Assembly (NCBI GenBank): GCA_046597055.1 | Contig: JBKJLC010000008.1 | Span: 1-54,034 of the forward strand | Length of the DNA: 54,034 bases | Direction: 5' to 3' | Source of the DNA: Kofleriaceae bacterium | GTDB lineage: Bacteria; Myxococcota_A; Polyangia; Haliangiales; Haliangiaceae | Shown here: piece after piece, positions 1 through 11,731 of the stretch | Layout of the letters: each line of letters starts with the position of its first letter | Numbering within the stretch: position 1 is the stretch's first letter | Made by a program: the position numbers and the translations under genes | Notes under the pieces: generated by a model | Database searches by the model: none | The model's input: the letters and a program-made list of their open reading frames with translations, nothing else | Told to the model about the DNA's origin: nothing

Positions 1-2
1 TC

Positions 3-1279
3 TACATCGCGGACGGCCGCAACAACCGGGTGCGCCGGGTCGACGCCGCCACCGGCGTCATCACGACCGTGGCCGGCACGGGCACGGTCGGCGTCTCCGG
101 CGACGGCGGTGCCGCCACCAGCGCCGAGGTCACCTACCCGCAGGGCGTGGCCGTCGACGCGCTCGGCACGCTGTACGTCACCGGCGACAGCCCGCGCGTG
201 CGCCGGGTCGATGGGACCACCGGCATCATCACCACCTTCGCCGGCCTGGTGGACCCCGAGCGCATGGGACCGCTCCCGCACGCGCGCCTCGCCGATCCGC
301 GCGCGCTGGTGGTGGCGCCGTCGTTCACCCTGATCGCCGGCGGGATCAGCGGCACCGTGCAGGTGGTGCGCGCAGCGGCCGGCTGGCTCGGCGTGGTCGC
401 CGGGCGCTATCCGCACGCCACCGCGACCGCCGACCTGGCGCGCTTCCGCGACGGCGAGTTCGGGACCGTCGGCGGCGTCGCACACGACCCGGCCGCTGGC
501 GTGTTCTACCTGAGCGAGACCACGGCCCACCGCGTGCACGTGGTGACGATCGTGGACCCTGCCGACGCGGGCACCTGGACGATCGCGCCGCTGGCCGGGG
601 TCCCGGGCAGCGACGGGTTCGCCGACGGGGCCGCGGCGACCGCGCGGTTCCGGCGGCCGACCGGGCTCCACCTCGATCCGGTCGCGAACCGGCTGTACGT
701 GGCCGACACCGGCAACCACGTGACCTCACGACCCGGCAGGTCACGACCCTCGCCGGCACGCCGCAGACCCGCGGCTTCGGCGGCGACCACGGCGCGGCCA
801 CCGCCGCCCGGTTGTTCCACCCCGAGGCGATCACCCGGTGTGACGACGGCGACCTGTTCGTCGCCGACACCGCCAACCATCGGGTCCGCCGGATCGCGGC
901 CGGTGTGATCACCACCGTGCTGGGCGACGGCATCGCGGCGTCGTCGGGTCAGGGCACGCCCGCACGCGACTTCCCGGTGCACGCGCCGCGCGGCCTGGCC
1001 TGCGACCCGACCGGCAACCTGTACGTGTCGTCGACGACCACCGTGCGCCAGCTGGCCGCCGATGCCGCCGGCGTCGTCGATGGCAGCGGCCCGGTCGCGA
1101 GCATCTTCAGCGCCCCGCCCCGCACCTTCCCGGCCGCGGTCAGCTACTGCCTGACCGGGCTGGCGATCGTCGATGCGACGACCGTGCAGGTGACCGACGC
1201 GTGCACCGGCATGCTGATCGAGCTCCAGCGCGCCGCCGCACCTGACGCTACGCTCGGCAGTACCGGACGCCCACGCTGA
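3..1279 (+). pseudogene. NHL-repeat (beta-propeller) protein, 5' part outside the window, frameshifted at ~722
   Basis: NHL repeats YIADGRNNRVRRVD, PQGVAVD, LYVADTGNHV in ORF 30..908. The repeat pattern continues in another frame (DLTTRQVTTLAG...LFVADTANHRVRRI, ORF 812..1279). The join at cacgtg|acctc lacks the expected IRxI residues. Confidence 0.75.
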
Positions 1280-2272
1280 TTGTGGCGCCGCCGCCCGGCA
1301 GCGGCGTCACGCCGAGGCGGGCCCCGCGCGCGTCCGGATACGAGGTCCGGCCGCGGTTCATCACCACCAGGACCACCCCGCCGATCACGGTGGCGGCGCC
1401 GGCGGCGACCATCCCGATCGCGATCCGGTTCTCGAGCACGGCGGTCGCCTTGAGGTCGGCGACCGGATCGACCGTGCAGCCCTGTGCGCATTCGCGCCCG
1501 AACGCGTCCTCGTAGCGCTGCAGGTCGGTGCGGGCCCGGAGCTGCACGAGGCCGCCGAGGCCGGCGACGACCACGCCACCACCGACGACCGCCCACGGCT
1601 TCCACACCGCCCACCGGTGCGTGATCACGGCGGCCTCCTGGAGCGGCACCAGCTCGACCGCCACCGTCGCCGCCTTGCCAGGCAGCAACACGAGGTCGCG
1701 GGTCTGGGTGAGGAAGCCGTCCTTGCTGCCGACCACCTGATGCGGACCGGGCACCAGGCGGCGCTGCTCGCTGCCGGGGCACGACACCAGCGGCTGACCG
1801 TCGAGGCTGACCCGGGCGCCCGGCTGGGTGCAGCTCACCGCGACCTCGGCGATCTGCCCGAGCAGCAGCTTCTGGTACTGCGCGCCTCGAGATAGACCGC
1901 CTCCTCGAGCGGCGCGGCGCCGTAGGTCAGGGCCAGCACCAGGTTGTCGTAGGCGTCGACCGGGCGCTCCAGCTGGATGAGGCAGCGCACCATGTTGAAG
2001 CGGATCGCCGGGTGATCCCAGATCGCCACCGCCTGCCGGTACTGCTCGAGCGCCTCGCCGTACTTCTTGTCGAGGAAGCGCGCGTTGCCGGCGTCGAGCC
2101 GGGTCCGGGCCGCGGCCTTCTGCGCATCGGTCACCCCGTCGGCCCACGGGCCCGACGCGGGCGTGGGCGCGGGCGGCGCCTCGGCTGGCGGCGACGGGTC
2201 CGCGCGCACGGGTCCGGCCGCCTGCGCCAGCCAGGCCGCCAGGACCGCGGTCTCGAGCACGCGCCAGATCAT
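1248..2272 (-). pseudogene. Secreted TPR + PEGA-domain protein with a 1-bp frameshift at ~1881
   Basis: Signal peptide and TPR (GNARFLDKKYGEALEQYRQA) in ORF 1835..2308; PEGA-like part (PGARVSLDG...PGPHQVVGSKDGF) and C-terminal TM segments in ORF 1248..2321. The junction reads GAG GCG CG CAG TAC. Confidence 0.75.
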
Positions 2273-2406
2273 CGGCGAAGTATCCATCCGCGCGGGACCC
2301 GACGGCAAGGCGGCCGATCATGCCCGCGCCGGACGCCGGCTCACGCCGACGACCGGTCCCGGACGATCCACGCGCCGGCGGGCGCCTCGCGCTACGCTGC
2401 GCCGTC

Positions 2407-4800
2407 GTGATCGACCTCAGTGACCTCTACCGCCGCCTCGAGCGCGCGACGTTCTCCCGCCGCGCCGAGCTCGCCGCCGAGGTGGCCGCGGCCGCGGGCC
2501 CCACCGAGCTCGACGGGCTCGCGCGCGGACTCGCGCACCCGCACCCGGCGGTGCGCCTCGGCGTGATCGAGGTCCTGCGCCTGGCCGGTCACCGCGGCGC
2601 GGTCGGCGCGCTGCTCGCCCATGCCCGCGCGCACCAGGGCGACGATCGGGTGTTCGCGCTGCGGGCGCTGGCCGACCTGGCGCAGCCCGGCGACGCCACC
2701 CTGCTCGAGGCGGCGCGCGGCTGGCTCGCGACCAGCGATCCGTTCGTGGCGGCGCAGGCGGCGCGCCTGGTGGCCGCGGTGAGCGCCACGCCGGCGGCGA
2801 CGGCGTCACCCGGGCGCGGGCCGGCCCCGACCGCGGCCGCGATGCTCGAGCGCATGATCGTGGCCGCGTTCGCCGCGACCACCACGACCGATCGCCTGGC
2901 CCGGGTCGCCGAGCTGGAGGCGAGCGGTCCGCTCGCGCTGGCCGGCGCGGCCCGGCTGGTGCTCAAGCGAGGCGACGCCGACCTGGTCGCCTACGTCGCG
3001 CGTGCGCTGATCCGGCAGGCGCCGGGGCTGGCCACGCCCGAAGCGCTGGTGCCGCTGCTCGAGGCCGCGCGGGCGCGGGTCGGTGGCGCGCCCGCCACCG
3101 ACGCCGCCATCGACGACGCCGTGCGGGCCCTGGCTGGCCCGACCTCGCCGGCGGTGCTGGCGCGCGTCGGCGAGCTCGACGACGCCCAGCGCGACGATCT
3201 GGTCGCGCGGCTGTGCGCGCGGCCGCCCGAGGAGGCCGCGCGCGCGATCCCCGCGCTGCTCGCGGCCCTCGGCCGCGCACCCGAGCGATGGTCGTCGCTC
3301 GGCCCCGCGCTGGCCCACGGCGCCGCCCACGTCCGGCCCGGCACCCGCGCCGAGCTGCGCCAGGCCGGCGAGCGCGTGATCGACCAGCTCCGCGCCGGCG
3401 AGCCGGTGCCGGCGGCGACGGTGGTCGCGGTGACCTGGGTGCTGGCGCGGGTCAGCGAGCCCGGCGAGCCGCTGCCGACCCAGCTCGCGCATGCGCTGGA
3501 CCGGGTCGGCACCGCCGCGGCGGCGCGCGCGCTGGCCGCGCTGTGCGTGCGGCTGGCCACCGAGGCGGCGGCGGCGACGCTGGTCGCGATGGCGCGCGAT
3601 CCACTGCCGGCGGCCCGCGCGGCCGCCGCCGCGGGCATCGGCGGCTGGCAGTCGCCGTGGATCGACCTCACGGGCGAGCCGCCGGCGCTCACGAGCCATT
3701 ACCACGATGGCGACGGCCGGCCGCTGCTCCGGCAAGGCGCGCGCCTGGTCGTCGGCGGCAGCCACGACGACCACGTCCTCGACGAGCGGGGCCGGCCGGT
3801 CACCGCCGCGACGACCGAGCATGGCGGCTGCCTGTGCTGCGCGCCGCCGCGGGCGCTGGTGCGCCGGCGCCGCGCCCGGCTGCGCTGCCCGGCGTCGTGG
3901 GTCCCCCACCTGCGCGACGGCGGCCGGGTCCTGCGCGAGGCCGACCACCCGCTCGGAGGCTGCCGGCGCTGCGACTCGGTGCGCCCGCGGGTCCAGGACG
4001 GCCCGCGCGCGATCTGCCTCGACTGCGGGGCCGGCCTGCCGGCGGCCGACCGCGCCCCCGCGGGCTCCGCCGAGCTGCCGCCGCTGATCCCGTCGGAGGA
4101 TGGCCGCACCGACGACGATCAGGCGCTGCCGCGCCCGCCGTCGCCCGACGAGCTGGCGCTGGTGCCGACGCCGATCCGCACCGCGATCGCCGCCAACGTG
4201 TTCCTGCGCGCGGGCGACGGCTTCGACGGGTGGAGCGGCTCCGGGATCGTGATCGCCCGCGATGGCGATCACGTCGCGATCCTCACCAACCGGCACGTGG
4301 TCGAGACCGACGACGGGCATCGGCTGGTCCGGCTGTCGGCGATGACGATCGCGGGCGAGCTGACCAGCGTGCGCTGCGTGTGGCGCGCCGGGCGCGGCGT
4401 CGACCTGGCCGTGGTCGAGGGCCGGGTGCCCGGCGGCGCCGAGCTCGCGACCATGCCGGTGACCACCACGCCGATCCACATCGGGGCCCGGGTCTTCGCG
4501 ATCGGCAACCCGCTCGGCCTGGCCTGGACCTACAGCGCCGGGACGCTGTCGGCGAGCCGGCAGTGGATGACCCAGGACGGCCTGGGCGTGCGGGTCCTCC
4601 AGACCGACACCGCGATCGGGCCGGGCTCGAGCGGCGGTGGCCTGTTCCACGAGGACGGCCGCCTGCTCGGGGTCATCTCGTTCGCACGGCGCGGCGCCGC
4701 CGGCGGCAGCGCGCACTTCGCGCTCGGGCTCGAGGCGGTCCACGAGGCCTTCGTGCGTGAGGCGGTGACCTGGCGCGGGATCGCGCTCGCGGGCCTGTAG
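2407..4800 (+). CDS. HEAT-repeat / Cys-rich Zn-ribbon / trypsin-like serine protease
   Basis: HEAT-like LAHPHPAVRLGVIEVL; Cys clusters CLCC, CRRC, CLDC; trypsin triad motifs ILTNRHVV, DLAVV, GPGSSGGGL. GTG start placed 8 nt after TACGCT. Confidence 0.8.
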   Translation: MIDLSDLYRRLERATFSRRAELAAEVAAAAGPTELDGLARGLAHPHPAVRLGVIEVLRLAGHRGAVGALLAHARAHQGDDRVFALRALADLAQPGDATLLEAARGWLATSDPFVAAQAARLVAAVSATPAATASPGRGPAPTAAAMLERMIVAAFAATTTTDRLARVAELEASGPLALAGAARLVLKRGDADLVAYVARALIRQAPGLATPEALVPLLEAARARVGGAPATDAAIDDAVRALAGPTSPAVLARVGELDDAQRDDLVARLCARPPEEAARAIPALLAALGRAPERWSSLGPALAHGAAHVRPGTRAELRQAGERVIDQLRAGEPVPAATVVAVTWVLARVSEPGEPLPTQLAHALDRVGTAAAARALAALCVRLATEAAAATLVAMARDPLPAARAAAAAGIGGWQSPWIDLTGEPPALTSHYHDGDGRPLLRQGARLVVGGSHDDHVLDERGRPVTAATTEHGGCLCCAPPRALVRRRRARLRCPASWVPHLRDGGRVLREADHPLGGCRRCDSVRPRVQDGPRAICLDCGAGLPAADRAPAGSAELPPLIPSEDGRTDDDQALPRPPSPDELALVPTPIRTAIAANVFLRAGDGFDGWSGSGIVIARDGDHVAILTNRHVVETDDGHRLVRLSAMTIAGELTSVRCVWRAGRGVDLAVVEGRVPGGAELATMPVTTTPIHIGARVFAIGNPLGLAWTYSAGTLSASRQWMTQDGLGVRVLQTDTAIGPGSSGGGLFHEDGRLLGVISFARRGAAGGSAHFALGLEAVHEAFVREAVTWRGIALAGL

Positions 4801-4815
4801 CCGGTCAGCGGCGGA

Positions 4816-6780
4816 TCAGCGCGCCAGCTCGACGCCGGGCAGCGCCGCCCGCGCGGTCGGGACGTCGACCAGGTTGCCGCGCAGGTCGACCTTGCGCAGC
4901 GCCGGCAGCCGCGCGAGCGCCGGCAGCACATCGGGCTCGAGCCCGCACCCGGCGACGCCGAGCTCCCGCAGGCGCCCGAGGCCAGCCAGCCGCAGCAGGT
5001 CGTCGGTGTCGATCGAGGTCGAGTTCAGCCCGAGCACCTCGAGCGCGGTCAGGCCCGCCAGCGGTGTGGTCGAGCTCAGGCCGGTGCGCGACAGGTCGAG
5101 CACGCGCAGGCGACGCGCGCTCGCCAGCGCCGCCGCCGCCACGTCGTCGAGCGGCAGCCCGGCCACCGACAGCACGACCAGCCCGGGCCAGCGGGCGAGG
5201 CGCGCGGTCACCGCGCCGGTCAGCTGGGTGTCGGCGACCGCCAGCTCCTCGAGCGGCATGGTCGCCAGCACGTCGAGGCTGGCGTCGGACACCATGGTGT
5301 CCATGGCGTGCAGGACCCGAAGCCGGATCCCGGCCAGCGCGGCCACGGTCGGATCGCCGGTGAGCGTCTGATCGAGGTAGAGCCGCTCGAGCGCCGGGTT
5401 CGCGGCCAGCGCGGCCCAGGCATCGGCGGGGAGGTCGGTGTGGCCGACGTCGAGCGTCTGCAACCCGGACAGCCGGACGATGCGGGCCAGCGTCACCGGG
5501 GTGATGCGCGTGCTGCGGACCCCGAGCGCGTTCAGGTCCGGGGTGTGATCGAGCAGCGCGAGCCCGCGGTCGCCGACCCGGGTCCGCCCCAGGTACAGCT
5601 CGCGCAGCGCCGGTGGCCGCGCCGCGGTCAGCGCGGCGTCGGTGACCGCGGTGTCGTCGAGCCGGAGCATGCGCAGCCGCGGCAGCGCCAGCAGCGCGAT
5701 CACCGCCTGGTTGTCGACCCCGGTCGCGGCCAGATCGACCCGCTCGAGGGTGGCCGCGCTCGCCAGCGCCCGGGCCCCGGCCGGGCCGAGCCGGGTCTCG
5801 GCCAGGTCGACCTCGCGCAGCTCGGGCAGCGCCGCCAGCCGCCGGGCGGTGGCGTCGCCGGCGCGGGTGCCACCGAGGTTCGCCTCCATCAACAAGCGCG
5901 CGTTCGCCAGCCACGCCAGCGCGGCGTCGTCGGCGGCCACGTCCGACAGATCGACCCGCATCAGGGTCGCCGCCAGCGGCGCCAGCGCCCGCGCCTCGAT
6001 GCCGACCTGGGTCCACCCCAGGTACAGCTCGCGCAGCGCCCGCCCGCTGATCGCCCGCGCGGTCGCCGGGCCCACCCGGGTCCGCGCCAGGTCGAGCACC
6101 AGCAGCGAGGCCGCGCCGCCGAGCGCCGCGCCGCCGCGATCCGTGATCGCGGTGCCGGCCAGCAGCAGCGTGCGCAGTTCGGGCAGCCCGCCGATCGCCG
6201 CGGCCGCGCGATCACCCGCGCGGGTGTCAGTAAGATCGAGGATCTCGAGACTCCCGTGGCGCGCCACCAAGGCGGCGGCCGCCGCGTCGGTCACCGCGGT
6301 GCGCGCCAGGTAGACGCGGTCGAGCGCGCCCGCGTCGATCGCATCCACCGCCGCGTCGTCGACGCTGGTCTCCGAAAGGTCGAGGTAGCGCAGCGCGGGC
6401 AGGTCACGCAGGCGGCTGGTTTCGGCCGCGGTCAAGGCCATGCCGCGCAGCGACAGCCCCGGGACCTGGTGCACCCGCAGCTCGGCGATCAGCGCGTCGA
6501 GCGCCGCCCGATCGGCCGGCGGAGTGACCGGCTCGGCCATCCACGGCTCGGCCGGCAGCGCGGCCAGGCCCGGCAACCGTCCGACCTCCTCGACCCCGCC
6601 GCCGTTCCAGCGCAGGACCCGCACCGGCACCGGCCACCCGGGCGGTCGCTCCGGCGCGGCGGCGACCGGCCGCTCCGGCGCCGGCGGGAGGGTCGGGGCG
6701 GCCCGCGGCGTGGCGCAGGCGGTGATCACGAACGTGCAGACCAGCGAACGAGCGACGAGCGACACGCTGTGCAGATACAC
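4816..6780 (-). CDS. Leucine-rich-repeat protein, probable lipoprotein
   Basis: Many LxxLxLxxTxVxD repeats; N-terminal hydrophobic stretch ending in a lipobox-like ITAC. Confidence 0.85.
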   Translation of the reverse strand: MYLHSVSLVARSLVCTFVITACATPRAAPTLPPAPERPVAAAPERPPGWPVPVRVLRWNGGGVEEVGRLPGLAALPAEPWMAEPVTPPADRAALDALIAELRVHQVPGLSLRGMALTAAETSRLRDLPALRYLDLSETSVDDAAVDAIDAGALDRVYLARTAVTDAAAAALVARHGSLEILDLTDTRAGDRAAAAIGGLPELRTLLLAGTAITDRGGAALGGAASLLVLDLARTRVGPATARAISGRALRELYLGWTQVGIEARALAPLAATLMRVDLSDVAADDAALAWLANARLLMEANLGGTRAGDATARRLAALPELREVDLAETRLGPAGARALASAATLERVDLAATGVDNQAVIALLALPRLRMLRLDDTAVTDAALTAARPPALRELYLGRTRVGDRGLALLDHTPDLNALGVRSTRITPVTLARIVRLSGLQTLDVGHTDLPADAWAALAANPALERLYLDQTLTGDPTVAALAGIRLRVLHAMDTMVSDASLDVLATMPLEELAVADTQLTGAVTARLARWPGLVVLSVAGLPLDDVAAAALASARRLRVLDLSRTGLSSTTPLAGLTALEVLGLNSTSIDTDDLLRLAGLGRLRELGVAGCGLEPDVLPALARLPALRKVDLRGNLVDVPTARAALPGVELAR

Positions 6781-6861
6781 CCCGCCCGGCCAGGTTGCGC
6801 GCGATCGGGCCGGGCCCCGTCGCCGCTCGCGCCGCGCGTCAGCCGAACCGCGCGCCCCGGC

Positions 6862-7245
6862 TCAAACCACGGCACCGACGCGACGTCGTCGCCAGGCGCG
6901 CACGCGTCGCAGGATCAGGACGACGCCGAGACCGGCCGACAGCCCGAACAAGCCCACCGGGACCAGGGTCCAGTCGAAGCCGTAGTCGCGGGCCCGTCGG
7001 TCCGCGACCCTCCGTGCGAGGTGATCGCGCCGCTGCTGGATCCGGTCGGCGTGCACGGGCCGGTGCGCGATCGCGAGATCGAAGATCGGCAGCGCGTGCT
7101 CGAGCGTGAGGTCGAACGCGGTCAGGCTGGCGTAGTCCGCCAGCAGACCGCCGACGATCGGGTCGGGCGGCTTCACGATGCCGGTGCGCTCGTGGAGCTG
7201 GTAGGCGAGCGCTTTCGCCGTGGACTCGCGATCCTGGCCCTCGAG
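6862..7245 (-). pseudogene. C-terminal fragment of a membrane-anchored hypothetical protein, 5' end lost at the repeat element
   Basis: Protein-like stretch STAKALAYQLHERTGIVKPPDPIV... with a C-terminal TM and basic tail. Upstream of ~7245 the frame runs into repeat DNA. Confidence 0.6.
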
Positions 7246-7437
7246 ATTGATCACAACTCGCCAGGTGATCGAAAGCGCTCGCCTTTCCCGGTGGCCCTGA
7301 GCCGGCGCCGCAGGCGCCGTGTCGAAGGGCCAGGTGCGCAGGGTGCAACGCGGGATCTTCGACGGGCTGCCCTTCGACTTCGGCTCGCTGCGCGAGCCCT
7401 CGCTCAGGGACACCGGAAGAACATGTGCGGGATCCTG
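7240..7437. repeat. Composite REP-like element (GATCAC hairpin plus an inverted pair of CCTGAG...GTCGAAGGG units)
   Basis: GATCAC(7249)..GTGATC(7270); unit 7288-7329 with internal hairpin CGGCGCC-GCA-GGCGCCG; inverted unit 7370-7416; ends TGTGCGGGATCCTG. Closely similar to 53100-53303. Confidence 0.85.
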
Positions 7438-7659
7438 AGCCTGGCCCTCGGGCCAGCGGGGCGGCAGCGTGGGCTGCGGGGCCGATCCGAAGTCGACGCC
7501 GAGCACGGAGTCAGCTGGCGCGTGATCCGCACGGGCGCCGATCTGGCCGACGTCGACTGGATCGAGACCCGCTACGGAGGCTACCTGGAGCGGGCCGACG
7601 TGGACGATGCCGCCCGGCTGCAGGCCATCCTCGCCGAGCACGCGATCGGCCCGCCCTGA
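7423..7659 (+). pseudogene. Probable C-terminal gene fragment; the only nearby ATG lies inside the repeat element
   Basis: Coding-like stretch VSWRVIRTGADLADVDWIETRYGGYLERADVDDAARLQAIL ending at TGA 7659. Confidence 0.35.
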
Positions 7660-7675
7660 CGCCGGCCGCCGCGGG

Positions 7676-9826
<2,151 letters not shown>

Positions 9827-9830
<4 letters not shown>

Positions 9831-10345
9831 GGACGCCGATCCTCCGAGCATGAACCGCCAACGTCGGGCGGGTCGGGGTTATTCCCATCCGGGTCCCCAC
9901 CGAGGCGGGTCAGCTCGGCGTGGGCACGGCGCTGGGCCAGCCCCTCGCGCAGCTCCTCGACCTCGGCCGCGGTGGCCGCGCGCACCGCCCGCACGCGGCG
10001 GATCGTGTGCAGGCGGTCCCGCGCGGCGGCCTGCGCGCGCGCGCCGTCGGCGCGTTGCTCGAGCGCGACCACCCGGGCCCGGGCGGCGTGCTCGTCGAGA
10101 TCGGGTCGGGCCAGGGCGGCGTCGAGCTGGGCGAGCCGAGCCTCGGCCGCGGTCAGGCGCGCGAGGTGGCCGCGCTCCCCGGCGTCCGCGGGTCGGGCCG
10201 CTGCCAGCACCGGCCCGAACACCGGCCACAGCCCGACCAGGAGCACGGCGTCGACCACGGTGGTGCCCGCGCGCTGGCCCAGCGCCAGCCCGGCGCACAC
10301 CGCGCCGACCCCGAGATAGCCGACCGCGAGCTCGATCACGGTCAT
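9827..10345 (-). CDS. Membrane-anchored coiled-coil hypothetical protein
   Basis: Two N-terminal hydrophobic segments (LWP motif), then an Ala/Arg/Glu helical region. 4-nt stop/start overlaps with both neighbours. Confidence 0.7.
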
Positions 10346-11079
10346 GGTGCCTGCTCGCGGGAGTAGTCGCCTTGCGCCGACCGCCACGACCCCAGCACGG
10401 CGTCGTACAGGCTGCCGTCGAGCGCGCGCACCAGCGGCGCGGTCGGCGTGCGCGGCCGCACCAGGTACGGCCGCAGGGTCCACGCCACCTGGGCGCCGAC
10501 CAGCGCGAACACGCAGACCACCACCGCCACCGTCGCCAGCGCGTCGCGGTGCTCGGTCGCGCGCACGCCCGCTGCCAGGACCCCGATGCTGACCGCGCCG
10601 GCGACCGCGGCGGTCGCGACCGCGAGCAGGATCGACCCGTGGTACGAGACCTTGAGGGCACGGGCTACCAGGACGACCGGCCCGAGCGCGACCAGCGTCA
10701 GGCCCCCGAACGCGAGCGCGGTCATCACCAGCGCGAGATCCCGCGCGAGGCTGGCCGGTCGGCCCAGCGCGCGGCCGACCGCGGTCAAGGTCGGCGCACA
10801 CAGCCCGGCGGTCACCAGCAGGACCAGCGGGAGCTTCACCGCGGCGTACGCGACCTGGGCGCCGCCGCGGAAGCTGCCGACCGCGGCGCCGTAGAGCGCG
10901 GCGCCGACGATGATCACCAGCGCGGCGGTCCGCACCAGCGCCGGCAGGTCGTGCCCCGCGCGGATCCGCGCCAGCACGCCGGCGCGATCGCGCAGCAGCT
11001 GCTCGACCAGCGCGAACCCGCCGTCGGCCGCGCGGACGCTTGGCGCCGACGCGGCCGCGAGCGTGCCGTCGGCGATCAC
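10342..11079 (-). CDS. Multi-pass membrane protein
   Basis: About 5-6 TM segments; conserved-looking motifs AAVKLPLVLL...LCAPTL and GAQVAWTLRPY; translationally coupled. Confidence 0.75.
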   Translation of the reverse strand: MIADGTLAAASAPSVRAADGGFALVEQLLRDRAGVLARIRAGHDLPALVRTAALVIIVGAALYGAAVGSFRGGAQVAYAAVKLPLVLLVTAGLCAPTLTAVGRALGRPASLARDLALVMTALAFGGLTLVALGPVVLVARALKVSYHGSILLAVATAAVAGAVSIGVLAAGVRATEHRDALATVAVVVCVFALVGAQVAWTLRPYLVRPRTPTAPLVRALDGSLYDAVLGSWRSAQGDYSREQAP

Positions 11080-11603
11080 GCGATCCCCCACGCGGTGAGC
11101 TCGGTGTACAGACGAGCGCCGATGATCGCCGCCGCCGCGGCCCACGCGGTGAACATGACGTCGCGGCCCAGGCCGGGGCTACCGGCCACCCCCCACAGCT
11201 CGCGGCGCAGCACGCGCAGGCCGATTGCCAGCGCCGTGATCAGGCCGATCGAGGTCAGCGCGAACGCGGTGCCGGGCTCGGTGGTCGTGGTGGTCAGGAA
11301 CCACAGCGGCCCGGCCAGGCCGAGCGCGACCAGCCCGAGCGCGACCAGCGCGCGCCCGACCGCGCGGGCGACCTGCTCGAGCGGCGGCGCCGCGCCGGTG
11401 AGCGCGGCGGCGATGTACAGCGCCGGCAGCGTGGCGGCGGCCACACCGAACACCACCAGCGGGGCCGCGGCGATCGGGGCGAGCTCGCCCAGCCGCAGCG
11501 CGGCGATCGCGCCGAGCCCCATCGGGCCGCCGGTGGCGATCGCGACCGCGACGGAGGGAGCCAGCGGCGGTGTGGCAGCTGGTGCGAAGGACAGGTGGGT
11601 CAT
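11076..11603 (-). CDS. Multi-pass membrane protein (first gene of operon)
   Basis: 175-aa hydrophobic ORF with a GAGGAG Shine-Dalgarno; TLPALY resembles the LCAPTL segment of the next gene. Confidence 0.75.
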   Translation of the reverse strand: MTHLSFAPAATPPLAPSVAVAIATGGPMGLGAIAALRLGELAPIAAAPLVVFGVAAATLPALYIAAALTGAAPPLEQVARAVGRALVALGLVALGLAGPLWFLTTTTTEPGTAFALTSIGLITALAIGLRVLRRELWGVAGSPGLGRDVMFTAWAAAAAIIGARLYTELTAWGIA

Positions 11604-11688
11604 GACGCTCCTCGGGGTTGCATGCCCGATGAGACGCCCGGCCCATCGAGCGCCCGCCGAGTCACGGCCGAGCTGCGGTCGACGTTCG

Positions 11689-11706
11689 ATGGAGATCTCG
11701 CGCAGA
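11689..11706 (-). promoter_or_regulatory. Possible OmpR-family tandem binding site
   Basis: Minus strand TCTGC-N6-TCTCCAT (11-bp period) about 90 bp upstream of the operon that encodes the OmpR-type regulator. Weak match. Confidence 0.25.
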
Positions 11707-11731
11707 CCGCCGGCGCGGACGCCCCGCAGGG

